DNA of 64,000 nucleotides from Bacilli bacterium. GTDB taxonomy: Bacteria > Bacillota_I > Bacilli_A > RFN20 > CAG-826. The position numbers and the translations under genes were made by a program. The notes below the pieces were generated by a model. The model did not search any database, was not told the DNA's origin, and saw nothing but the letters and a program-made list of their open reading frames with translations. This document shows, piece after piece, positions 55,751-64,000 of the stretch. The stretch is from NCBI GenBank assembly GCA_024399115.1, contig JAKSHZ010000006.1:8314-72313 (forward strand), read 5' to 3'. Positions within the stretch are counted from its first letter, which is position 1, and every line of letters starts with the position of its first letter.

Positions 55751-56896
55751 TTAAATTCTCCCTAAGTTATCACTTACAAATACGCCTTTTGGAGCGCAAA
55801 TTCTGATAACTTGACCAAGTCCTTTAAACAAGAAGAATCCAAGTCCCTCGAAAGCGATTTCGTGAACTTTTCCATCTTTCTTGAATTTAAATTCAAATAC
55901 ATCGAAGTCCAAAAGTGTAATGAAGTTGTTAGAAACGGGTCTAACATCCTTTGTATTCATATTATTTTTGAATGATTCGTCAAATTTCTTTGCGGAAACT
56001 CTCTTAGTTTCAACACCACTAGCGCAATAGAATCTATAGTTAGTTAATTCACCTTTAACAATTTCTAATCCAGCGACAGATCCAATTTGAACTGCATCGC
56101 CAGTTTTTAAAGTGTTTGTATGGTATGTAATTGAGTCTTTTGGTGTGATGATGTTAGAAACATTCTTTTCTACCTTTGAAAGAATAGATGAGTTAATACT
56201 TAAATCAGGAAGTTCATATAATCTCTTATTATTAATAAGAGGAATGATTGTTGCTTTTAAGTTCTTATTGAGCCAAATAATGTGAACGTTTTCATTACTT
56301 TGGTTAGAATAACTCTTAAGATAAGCACTAATTAAAGTAGATTTTCCTGAGTTTTTGTTACCGATCAAGAAAACATCGCGTTCTCTATAATCTCCAGTTG
56401 CAACATTTTCGTTAAAGAATTTTATTGCTTTATCCATGGATTTATCATTTTTTCCGACGAAGAAAATTTCTTTTGGAGTCAAATGATATTGTTCAAAGAC
56501 TTTTTTGATAAATTCTTCCATAACTTCTTGTTTGAAAGAACTACCAAATAATGTTTTCTTAGTTCCTACAACTGCGAAATCTCTTCCTTTGAGCATTCTA
56601 ACGATTTCTGGATCAATTAATCCAGAAAATGTGAAAGAATCTATTACATAGATAATGAATGTTTCTTTCTTTGGAAGTGTGTTGAAATATGAGACGATAG
56701 CTTCGTCATCGTGACTTGATTCAGCTCTTTGGTTAATAGTTTGAATTGCTTGATAGCAATCGTTACAATAAACCGCTGTGATTTCTCCTTGAGCAGATAA
56801 AATTTCAGGGCTAATATAGCCTTTTTCGTTTGGTTTTGTTGATTGCAAAGCAGTACCGCAACGAATGCAACGTAATACTTTTTTACCTTGTGCCAT
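55751..56896 (-). CDS. yqeH: YqeH-type circularly permuted ribosome-biogenesis GTPase homologue with degenerate G3/G4 motifs
   Basis: N-terminal Zn-ribbon CIRCG...CNDC and P-loop GNKNSGKST. The NKxD position reads GTKKT and the DxxG position reads ELPD. Position between yqeG and yhbY as in Bacillus. Confidence 0.75.
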   Translation of the reverse strand: MAQGKKVLRCIRCGTALQSTKPNEKGYISPEILSAQGEITAVYCNDCYQAIQTINQRAESSHDDEAIVSYFNTLPKKETFIIYVIDSFTFSGLIDPEIVRMLKGRDFAVVGTKKTLFGSSFKQEVMEEFIKKVFEQYHLTPKEIFFVGKNDKSMDKAIKFFNENVATGDYRERDVFLIGNKNSGKSTLISAYLKSYSNQSNENVHIIWLNKNLKATIIPLINNKRLYELPDLSINSSILSKVEKNVSNIITPKDSITYHTNTLKTGDAVQIGSVAGLEIVKGELTNYRFYCASGVETKRVSAKKFDESFKNNMNTKDVRPVSNNFITLLDFDVFEFKFKKDGKVHEIAFEGLGFFLFKGLGQVIRICAPKGVFVSDNLGRI

Positions 56897-57413
56897 ATTT
56901 TTCCCTCCAATCTACTAAGAGACCTTTTTTATTTAAATGTTTTCTAATTGGTCTATCAAACAATCTATTAATACGTGTTACTGGTTGATCTTCTTTAACT
57001 AACTTTTCAGTAAGAATTGTTCTTATTTTTGCTCTTTTTCCAGCAATGACATCTGTCATTAGTTGATCGCCAACTAACATAATGTTTTCCTTACTCCAGC
57101 CTTTTTCCTCAATAAATTTATTAATTTTTCGAGCGAATGGCTTTCCAGTACTCCATGTAAACTCAACTCCTAAGCCATCAGCGTAAGTCTTAACTCTTTC
57201 GTATTTGTTATTAGATAACACCACTACGTTAATTCCGGCTTCTTTAAACTTATTTATCAAAGCGATTGCTTCATCAGTAGGAGTTTTTCTTTTGTAACTA
57301 TCAAGTGTGTTATCTAAGTCACAAAGAAGAATTGTTACACCATTACTTTTGAAGAAATCCGGTTCGATTTCATACAAGTTTTTAGCATGAGCAAATGGAA
57401 CGTATTTTTTCAT
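56883..57413 (-). CDS. yqeG: YqeG-family HAD phosphatase
   Basis: HAD motif I LLCDLDNTL, motif III KP, motif IV VGDQLMTD. I use the ATG at 57413; the ORF-track TTG at 57509 would read through the parC terminator. Overlaps yqeH by 14 nt. Confidence 0.8.
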   Translation of the reverse strand: MKKYVPFAHAKNLYEIEPDFFKSNGVTILLCDLDNTLDSYKRKTPTDEAIALINKFKEAGINVVVLSNNKYERVKTYADGLGVEFTWSTGKPFARKINKFIEEKGWSKENIMLVGDQLMTDVIAGKRAKIRTILTEKLVKEDQPVTRINRLFDRPIRKHLNKKGLLVDWREKYGTR

Positions 57414-57466
57414 GCTATTACTATAACATATATAAAAGTCTATATTAAAGACTTTTGCTAGGCGTA

Positions 57467-57498
57467 TAAAAAACAGCAGTATCAAACCGCTGTTTTTT
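57467..57498 (-). terminator. Rho-independent terminator after parC
   Basis: On the minus strand: AACAGC-ggtttgatact-GCTGTT followed by T4, preceded by an A-run. Confidence 0.55.
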
Positions 57499-57513
57499 AA
57501 GTTTTCCAATTGA

Positions 57514-60159
57514 TTAGTCGTCTAAGTCGTCAAACATTGAAATTTGTTCGAATTTCTTTTCTTTGGCTGGCTCTTCTTCAACTCTTGGTTCGTTATCTAC
57601 GTTAGTCTCTTCTACTTCGCTAGAATCAGATTCCCCTACTTCTTCAGCAGGTTTTTCTTTAACTACGATTGGGTGAGAAATTGATTTATTATCAATCTTT
57701 TCTAAGCCAATTGTGTAAGCGTTAACAACTAGTGTCTTAGCAGGAGTTTCGATATTCTTTTTAGCGTTTTTAGTCGCATCAGTTAAGTAATAGTTATCAA
57801 CAGAGAATTCAAAGATTTCTTGATTAGATAAATATAATGAGAAGTAATTGATGTCGCTTCTTGTATCGATCTTACAAGCTGCAACAACTGTATGCTTGTC
57901 ATTTTTGAATGAAGGAACGATTTCCATTGTCTTACCTAAACGTTGTGTTTTTGTAAGTCTATTTGTGTCGATAATTCTATATGATGACTTATCTGTGAAG
58001 ATGACTATCTTGCTATATTCTTCTTCATCAAATGCCATTAAACATGCTGCTGAAGTAGAGTTCAAACCATTGATAGATTTAACGCCACCAGCTTTACTTC
58101 CTAAGATGTTTAATTCGTTCTCATTAAACAAGCTTCCATGTCCATCTGCAGTTAAGATAAATAAATCAGAATTGCCTGTTAAAGTTTCAATTCCTACGAT
58201 TTCATCGCCAGAAAGTAACTTCATACATCTAACTGGACGTGAATGTTTGTCTGCGTCAAGTTGGTCAACACACATTCTCTTAATTTGTCCAAATTTAGTT
58301 AAGAATGCGATATATAAGTCGTGTCTAAATTCACTGAAAATGATACCTTTTACAATCTTTTCACCAGGAGACAATGTTGCGAATTGATTTAAGTGTGCGC
58401 CTTCATCTTTCCACTTTGTGTCTTGCATCTTATGAACTGGAACAGTGACATAATTTCCTAAAGAAGTAAAGCAGACTAAGTAATCAGTTGTGATACCTAA
58501 ACCACTACTAACAAGGACGTCACCTTCCTTAACTCCAGGAAGAGCTCTTTCGCCACTACCTTTATATGATTTAAGTGAGGAACGTTTTAAGTAACCATCT
58601 CTAGTAAGAGCGATCATGACTTCTTCTTTTGCGATTAAGTCACGCTTATCAACTTCAGTAGAGCCTTCTTTTTCGATGATTTGAGTACGTCTGTCATCGC
58701 CATATTTTTCGGCGATTTCCTTTAAATCCTTAATTAATACGCGATTAAGTTTATTAGGATCAGCTAAAATTCCATTTAAGAATTCAATATCTTTTAACAA
58801 TGATTCTTTTTCTCTTTCTAAAGTTAATTCATCTGTATGAGATAACTTATAAAGAGGCATTGTAACGATTGCTTCAGCTTGTTCATTGCTAAGACCATAT
58901 CTAGCCATCAAATTCACCTTAGAATCGGCTTTATCCTTACTTTTCTTGATAATCTCGACTACATCGTTGATGTTAAGTGACGCTAAAATCAAACCTTCGA
59001 CGATATGGAGTCTATCTGTAGCTTTATTTAAATCGTATTGACTCTTTCTAGTTACGACATCAACTTGGTGTGCAATATAAGCGTCAATATAATCTAAAAG
59101 ATTAAGTGTCTTAGGTCTTCCGTTAACGATTGCAACCATGTTTGCAGAGTATCCGCAAACAAGAGAAGTTTTGTTCATTAAATACTTCAAGAGAAGATCG
59201 CATTTTGCGTCTTTCTTGCAATCGATAACAATTCTAATTCCCTTCCAGTCAGATTCATCACGAACTTCAAGCATTCCATCAACTGCTTTTGAGTGAATAA
59301 TTTTATCGATTTCGTATACTAATTGAATCTTAACAATTTTGTATGGGATTTCAGTAATTACGATTTGTTGATTATCTTTATTTGAGATGATCTCACATTT
59401 ACTAGAAAGTTCGATTCTACCTCTACCTGTGAGATAGATATTTTTGAGTCCATCTGAGTTATAGATATATCCTCCACCAGGGAAGTCAGGACCTTTAACA
59501 ATTTGCATCAAATCTTCAATTGTTGAAGTCTTATGAGAGATACGATAAATTGTAGCCTCAATTACTTCACGTAGGTTATGAGGTGGGATTTCAGTTGCTA
59601 AAGCAACTGCAATACCTTCAGTACCATTAACAAATAGGTTAGGGAACCTAGAAGGTAAAACGATAGGTTCAAACTCAGTGTCATCGAAGTTAAGTTGCAT
59701 ATCAACTGTCTTCTTTTCGATGTCTTTAATTAACTCATTTGAGAGTTCACTAAGTCTACTTTCTGTATAACGGTAAGCAGCTGGAGAGTCGCCGTCGATA
59801 CTACCATTATTTCCTTGGAAATCAATGAGTGGATATCTAACTTTCCAGTCTTGTGACATACGTGCTAAAGCTTCATAAATTGAAGTGTCGCCGTGTGGGT
59901 GATAAGTACCCATAACAGCACCAACAGTATGTGCACATTTTCTAGTTGGTTTATTGAATACGTTGTTTGATTTATACATCGAGAAGATGATTCTTCTTTG
60001 TACAGGTTTTAAACCATCACGAACATCTGGAATAGCTCTATCTTGGATGACATATTTCGCATAAGTTGCGTATCTATCCCCCATGACCTCTTCCATTGGT
60101 TCGACGGAAATTTTTTCTTCAATTACTTCTTCAGGAGTTACAATTTTCTTCTTTGCCAT
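57514..60159 (-). CDS. parC: DNA topoisomerase IV subunit A (GyrA/ParC family)
   Basis: DGLKPVQRRIIFSM (Gln as in Gram-positive ParC/GrlA rather than the GyrA His). Active-site AAYRYTESRL. No GyrA-box (QRRGGKG) seen in the C-terminal domain. Acidic C-terminal tail. Follows parE. Confidence 0.8.
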   Translation of the reverse strand: MAKKKIVTPEEVIEEKISVEPMEEVMGDRYATYAKYVIQDRAIPDVRDGLKPVQRRIIFSMYKSNNVFNKPTRKCAHTVGAVMGTYHPHGDTSIYEALARMSQDWKVRYPLIDFQGNNGSIDGDSPAAYRYTESRLSELSNELIKDIEKKTVDMQLNFDDTEFEPIVLPSRFPNLFVNGTEGIAVALATEIPPHNLREVIEATIYRISHKTSTIEDLMQIVKGPDFPGGGYIYNSDGLKNIYLTGRGRIELSSKCEIISNKDNQQIVITEIPYKIVKIQLVYEIDKIIHSKAVDGMLEVRDESDWKGIRIVIDCKKDAKCDLLLKYLMNKTSLVCGYSANMVAIVNGRPKTLNLLDYIDAYIAHQVDVVTRKSQYDLNKATDRLHIVEGLILASLNINDVVEIIKKSKDKADSKVNLMARYGLSNEQAEAIVTMPLYKLSHTDELTLEREKESLLKDIEFLNGILADPNKLNRVLIKDLKEIAEKYGDDRRTQIIEKEGSTEVDKRDLIAKEEVMIALTRDGYLKRSSLKSYKGSGERALPGVKEGDVLVSSGLGITTDYLVCFTSLGNYVTVPVHKMQDTKWKDEGAHLNQFATLSPGEKIVKGIIFSEFRHDLYIAFLTKFGQIKRMCVDQLDADKHSRPVRCMKLLSGDEIVGIETLTGNSDLFILTADGHGSLFNENELNILGSKAGGVKSINGLNSTSAACLMAFDEEEYSKIVIFTDKSSYRIIDTNRLTKTQRLGKTMEIVPSFKNDKHTVVAACKIDTRSDINYFSLYLSNQEIFEFSVDNYYLTDATKNAKKNIETPAKTLVVNAYTIGLEKIDNKSISHPIVVKEKPAEEVGESDSSEVEETNVDNEPRVEEEPAKEKKFEQISMFDDLDD

Positions 60160-60161
60160 AA

Positions 60162-62105
60162 TTATTTTACCTCCTTAATGAATGTATCAACTTTGTTGAA
60201 GTCGACATTTTCTTCAACCCATTTTTTACGAATTGATGTGTCTTTTCCCATCAATACTGCGACACGTTTTTCAACTACGAATGGATCGTCGATATCAACT
60301 TGAATTAATAATCTAGTTCTTGGATCCATTGTTGTTTCTTTAAGTTGAATAGCGTCCATTTCACCAAGACCTTTATATCTGGATACTTTGTATCCACCAC
60401 CAACTTTTTTCTTAGCAGCTTCAAGACCTTCATCATCCCAAGCATATTCTTGGATAACGCGTTTTCCATCTTCCTTATAGACTCTATAAAGAGGTGGAAC
60501 AGCGATATAAACGTGTCCTGAAGTAATTAACTGTCTCATGTAGTGATAGAAGAAAGTTAATAAAAGAGTTTGAATGTGAGCACCATCAGTATCAGCATCC
60601 GTCATGATGATGATCTTGCCATAATGGATATCTTCAATATCGAAGCTTTGTCCAAAACCAGCTCCGATAGTATTAATGATTGTTGCAATTTCTTCGTTAT
60701 GGAGTAATTTTTCCATAGAAATTGAATCTGTATTAAGAGGTTTACCTCTCAAAGGAAGGATAGCTTGGTGTAATCTATCTCTACCTTTTTTAGCAGTACC
60801 ACCAGCTGAATCACCCTCAACAATGAAGAGTTCGTTTTTTGAATATTCTTTACTTTGAGCTGGAGTTAACTTGTCAGAAAGGATAACTTCTTGTTTTGCT
60901 TTCTTGCTGCTTCTTGCTTCTTCTTTAGCTTTACGAGCAGCCATTCTAGCACTTGCACTAGCGATACATTTATTAATAAGTTGAACCGCTAATTCTTTAT
61001 TTTCGGTTAAGTAATATGTGAATTTATTGTTAATGAAATTTGATACGATTGCAGTAGCTTCTGGAGTACCTAATTTACCTTTTGTTTGGCCTTCAAATTC
61101 GAGATATTGTTCTGGAATTTTTAAGGAAATAACTGCGGTAATTCCTTCTCTAATATCACTACCTTCAAGCTTCTTTCCACGTAGTAAAGAGTTAGCTTCT
61201 GCGAAGTCATTTACGCACTTACCAATACCACTTCTAAAGCCTGATTCATGAGTACCACCATCACGAGTTCTTACGTTATTAACGTAAGAATAGATTGTTT
61301 CATTGTAATCTTCTGAGCAGAATTGAAGAGCGATTTCAACTCCAATTTGAGTAGCGTCATCGACTCCTTCAAAGCTTATTACAGGGGTTAAAGCGTTCTT
61401 ATCAGAATTCATAATTTGGATGTATTCGACAAGTCCATTTTCATAATAAAATTCTTGATTTTGACCAGTAGCTTCTTCGACTAAAACAAAGTGAACTCCC
61501 TTCATTAAGAAGGCACTTTCTTGAAGGTGATTTGCGATTGTATCCCACTTAAAATCTACTGTTGAGAAGATCTGTTTATCTGGTTTAAATCTAACAAAAG
61601 TTCCGTGTTTTTTTGTAGTTCCAACAACCTCAAGTTTAGTAACTAAGTTACCACCATTTTCGAATCTTAAGTGATAAATTTGACCACTTTGATATACGTT
61701 AACATCAAGCCATTCACTTAAAGCATTAGTGACTGCAGCACCAACACCATGTAATCCGGCAGCACTTTTATAAACAGCACTATTGAACTTACCACCAGCG
61801 TGAAGTTCAGTAAAAACGATCTCAACTGCAGGTCTTCCAGTTTCTTTATTAATGCCACAAGGAATACCACGACCTTCATCCAAAACAGAAAGCGATCCAT
61901 CTTTATGAATAGTTACTGTGATATATTTACCGAATCCGGAGAGAGCTTCATCAACTGCGTTATCAACAATTTCCCATACTAAATGATGTAGTCCAGTACC
62001 ATTTGAACTACCGATATACATTGCAGGTCTTTTTCTAACGCCTTCAAGGCCCTTCATTATGTGGATGTCATCGGCGCTATAACTAATATTTTTTTCTTCA
62101 GCCAT
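60162..62105 (-). CDS. parE: DNA topoisomerase IV subunit B (GyrB/ParE family)
   Basis: GHKL ATPase (LHHLVWEIVDNAVDEA, DEGRGIP, LHGVGAAV), Toprim (ELFIVEGDSAGG, IMTDADTDGAHI). AAGGAGGG SD. Confidence 0.8.
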   Translation of the reverse strand: MAEEKNISYSADDIHIMKGLEGVRKRPAMYIGSSNGTGLHHLVWEIVDNAVDEALSGFGKYITVTIHKDGSLSVLDEGRGIPCGINKETGRPAVEIVFTELHAGGKFNSAVYKSAAGLHGVGAAVTNALSEWLDVNVYQSGQIYHLRFENGGNLVTKLEVVGTTKKHGTFVRFKPDKQIFSTVDFKWDTIANHLQESAFLMKGVHFVLVEEATGQNQEFYYENGLVEYIQIMNSDKNALTPVISFEGVDDATQIGVEIALQFCSEDYNETIYSYVNNVRTRDGGTHESGFRSGIGKCVNDFAEANSLLRGKKLEGSDIREGITAVISLKIPEQYLEFEGQTKGKLGTPEATAIVSNFINNKFTYYLTENKELAVQLINKCIASASARMAARKAKEEARSSKKAKQEVILSDKLTPAQSKEYSKNELFIVEGDSAGGTAKKGRDRLHQAILPLRGKPLNTDSISMEKLLHNEEIATIINTIGAGFGQSFDIEDIHYGKIIIMTDADTDGAHIQTLLLTFFYHYMRQLITSGHVYIAVPPLYRVYKEDGKRVIQEYAWDDEGLEAAKKKVGGGYKVSRYKGLGEMDAIQLKETTMDPRTRLLIQVDIDDPFVVEKRVAVLMGKDTSIRKKWVEENVDFNKVDTFIKEVK

Positions 62106-62402
62106 ATATAACCCTCCTTGTGCAGTATTGTATTATAACCAAGTTTAGTCATAACTAAAAGTTAAAAAAGGCTCCCATTTTTAATAAAAAAGCGCAATAT
62201 ATTTCAAGAAATATATTAATTTCAAAAATTTTTTTCATTTTTGATTTATCAAATAAGAACAAAATTCTGAAATTCGTAAAAATTACTTAAAAAATGACGT
62301 TTCTAAAACATCAAAATCGAGTAGTTATATTAATATAAACAGAATTTTGTTCTAATTTTTTGAATATTTTTCTTATTCTTTTAACCTACATACACTACAA
62401 AG

Positions 62403-62431
62403 ACAAAAAGAAAAGCAGCTGATTGGCTGCC
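62403..62431 (-). terminator. Rho-independent terminator after yneF
   Basis: On the minus strand: GGCAGC-caat-CAGCTGC-type hairpin followed by TTTTCTTTTT. Confidence 0.65.
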
Positions 62432-62448
62432 TTCTAAATTTCGATATC

Positions 62449-62670
62449 TTAGCGTTGTGAATTAACGTTTCTCATGATTTCACGAACTTGTTTTTCACTT
62501 GGAGCTCTACCCATAGATCTAAACATAGCTCTAATCATTTTTTCATTAATTGGTGGGTTTTCTTTGAGTTGTTTTTGGAAGAGATGTCTTGTTACAAAGA
62601 AACCTGCTGCAGCACCTGCGATGAGGGCTAAAATGATGTACAAAACTAATTGCCAAACTTCGATTTGCAT
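62449..62670 (-). CDS. yneF: UPF0154 (YneF-family) small membrane protein
   Basis: 73 aa. N-terminal TM followed by ENPPINEKMIRAMFRSMGRAPSEKQVREIM, the conserved YneF core. Confidence 0.8.
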   Translation of the reverse strand: MQIEVWQLVLYIILALIAGAAAGFFVTRHLFQKQLKENPPINEKMIRAMFRSMGRAPSEKQVREIMRNVNSQR

Positions 62671-62672
62671 AA

Positions 62673-63245
62673 TTATCTTGCTGTCCTTTCTGCTCTTGAA
62701 TCGTATTCGCCGTTATCTGTACGGACGTTGACGACTTCTCCTTCTTCAATGAAGAGAGGAACTTTAATTTGAAGACCAGTTTCAACTGTTGCTGGCTTCA
62801 TTGGTTTGTTAACTGTATCACCTCTAACAGCTGGTTCACAAACTGTAATTTTGAGAGCCACCTTTGGTGGTAAGCTAATTCCTAAGATTTCTCCATCATA
62901 TGAAGTAATATCTACATTGCATTCAGTTACTAAGAAATTCATTTCCCATTGTAATCTGTCTTTACTGATTTCGATTTGTTCATAAGTTTCATTATCCATG
63001 AATACTAAGAAATCTCCTGAATCATAAAGATATTGCATTGTTTTCTTGTCTAATTTGATGTTTTCGACCATGTAACCAGAGTTACGTGCGATTTCATTAA
63101 TTGTGCCAGTTCTAACATTTTTAACTTTAACTTTAGCAACCATTTTTCTCATAGCTGTCTTATTTAATAAAATGTCTAAAACTTGATATAAATTGTTCTC
63201 ATCAATGAAATAGTTTCCAGGTCTTAATTCTGTAACGTTAACCAT
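62673..63245 (-). CDS. efp: Elongation factor P with non-canonical beta3-beta4 loop
   Basis: KOW-like domain I plus two OB domains (C-terminal GDTVNKPMKPATVETGLQIKVPLFIEEGE). The loop reads NKTAMRKM where canonical EF-P has KPGKG. Confidence 0.85.
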   Translation of the reverse strand: MVNVTELRPGNYFIDENNLYQVLDILLNKTAMRKMVAKVKVKNVRTGTINEIARNSGYMVENIKLDKKTMQYLYDSGDFLVFMDNETYEQIEISKDRLQWEMNFLVTECNVDITSYDGEILGISLPPKVALKITVCEPAVRGDTVNKPMKPATVETGLQIKVPLFIEEGEVVNVRTDNGEYDSRAERTAR

Positions 63246-63292
63246 TTTTGATAGTCCTTTCTTATTTTAGTCGTCTTTAGTATACCAAAAAC

Positions 63293-63925
63293 CTATCTGT
63301 TAAGAAATATATTCTTAACCTTTTCCTCTTTCATAGTAGTAAATCCTTCATGTCCTGGATAGACTTTTACGTCATCTGGAATGAGTTTTAACTTCGCTAA
63401 TGATTCCCTTAAAGGTGCTCTAGTTGAGGAAGGTAAATCAGTTCTTCCGATAACTCCTTTAAATAAAGTATCACCACTAAAAAGAAGCTTACTATTACTA
63501 AAGTAATAACAAACTGCTCCTTTTGTATGGAATGGAGTGTAAATTACTTTAATGTCTTCATCAAAAATTTTAATGATTTCATTATCAGAAACTGTAATAG
63601 GTTTTTTATTAATTACGCAATACTCATTCATGAGATTTGCGCAATTGTAGTCTTGATCAGTTAAACCAATTTCGTCATCGAATCCGATATATAAATCCGG
63701 ATTGAATCGAGCAATTAATCTATTTACTCCTCTCATATGATCAATATGTGAGTGAGTTAAAAGAATAGCTTCTAAGACTAATCCATTTCTTTCGATATAA
63801 TTACCTAAGTTATCGTTATCTGCGCTTGGATCAACAACAACGCATTTCTTATTATCTTTTATTATATAAGTATTAGCCTTTAAATCATCTCTATCATCAT
63901 AAATGAAAGGGACTACTGTGAGCAT
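63293..63925 (-). CDS. MBL-fold metallo-hydrolase (glyoxalase II-like)
   Basis: LTHSHIDHMRG (HxHxDH), later His/Asp ligand contexts (TPFHTKG, FSGDTLF, YPGHEG). Confidence 0.8.
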   Translation of the reverse strand: MLTVVPFIYDDRDDLKANTYIIKDNKKCVVVDPSADNDNLGNYIERNGLVLEAILLTHSHIDHMRGVNRLIARFNPDLYIGFDDEIGLTDQDYNCANLMNEYCVINKKPITVSDNEIIKIFDEDIKVIYTPFHTKGAVCYYFSNSKLLFSGDTLFKGVIGRTDLPSSTRAPLRESLAKLKLIPDDVKVYPGHEGFTTMKEEKVKNIFLNR

Positions 63926-63934
63926 ATTCTAATA

Positions 63935-63958
63935 AGAAAAAAATAGGCATTGCCTATT
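63935..63958 (-). terminator. Probable terminator of an upstream minus-strand gene whose last codons lie at the window edge
   Basis: Palindrome AATAGGCA/TGCCTATT followed on the minus strand by T7. A short open frame ending at a TAA (63973-63975, minus strand) runs off the window. Confidence 0.5.
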
Positions 63959-64000
63959 ATTTCTTTTTCTCCTTATGAAGAGTAACTTTTTTGCACTTGT

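Noticed and set aside
57414-57509. Upstream extensions from alternative starts. The coordinates give the yqeG case (TTG at 57509). The same applies to rplU (GTG 23261), obg (TTG 24250), recJ (TTG 30737), xerD (51147) and the CPBP gene (TTG 9012).
   Set aside because: Each extension runs through a terminator or an SD, or overlaps the upstream gene. A conserved family N-terminus preceded by an SD or promoter starts at a downstream ATG.
57848-58387. 179-aa ORF on the + strand
   Set aside because: It lies entirely antisense within parC, which has strong family motifs. It has no SD and a Leu/Ser-rich composition typical of antisense frames in AT-rich genes.
62155-62238. 27-aa minus-strand ORF (MKKIFEINIFLEIYCAFLLKMGAFFNF) in the parE upstream gap
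   Set aside because: No SD. The composition is what random AT-rich sequence gives, and it would overlap the inferred parE promoter.
62106-62448. AT-rich 343-bp gap as a possible replication origin
   Set aside because: I found no DnaA-box-like TTATCCACA/TGTGGATAA motifs. Genes do not diverge here, since both flanks are on the - strand. The window instead contains a convergent, terminus-like switch.
1-64000. Search for rRNA, tRNA, CRISPR arrays, IS elements, and toxin-antitoxin or restriction-type defence genes
   Set aside because: Every intergenic gap is 343 bp or shorter. None shows tRNA-like acceptor/T-arm patterns or regularly spaced direct repeats. No transposase, integrase (other than Xer), nuclease/methylase or Cas-like motifs were seen in any ORF.

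Overview
Low-GC (roughly one-third G+C by eye), very gene-dense chromosomal segment. It uses the standard bacterial code: TGA acts as a stop (e.g. xseA at 44902-44904) and Trp is TGG. Gene content and order look like a compacted Bacillus subtilis housekeeping backbone: tig-lon-engB-valS-radC-rplU-prp-rpmA-obg; ruvAB-secDF-recJ-relA-hisS-aspS; nusB-xseA-xseB-dxs; xerD-deoB; yqeG-yqeH-yhbY-nadD/yqeK; parE-parC. The shape, division, sporulation and ClpX genes that sit inside that backbone in Bacillus are missing. This suggests a wall-less, Mollicutes-like Bacillota lineage that keeps code 11 (Acholeplasma-like); the taxonomy is inference only. I call 46 CDS on the + strand (1-54246), then 9 on the - strand (54352-63925). 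The two blocks converge on a bidirectional terminator and a 28-bp sequence with the 11-6-11 architecture of a dif site, so the window probably spans the replication terminus. I saw no rRNA, tRNA, CRISPR, transposase or prophage genes. There is one clear RNA regulatory element, a valS T-box. The items most worth a second look are: (1) a 3-kb AT-rich two-gene insert with atypical codons (secreted S1-type serine protease with a large unknown C-terminal region, plus a lipoprotein) splitting the normally adjacent xseA-xseB pair; (2) the candidate dif site and terminus; (3) HisS carrying a 45-aa Cys/Asp/His-rich metallothionein-like tail encoded partly by a hexanucleotide repeat; (4) EF-P lacking the canonical PGKG modification loop; (5) a YqeH GTPase with degenerate G3/G4 motifs; (6) a domain-permuted, C-terminally membrane-anchored GH3 enzyme; (7) several unannotated micro-ORFs, palindromic operator-like sites and leaderless-looking starts. 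All functional calls rest on motif recognition by eye and synteny; no database search was possible.
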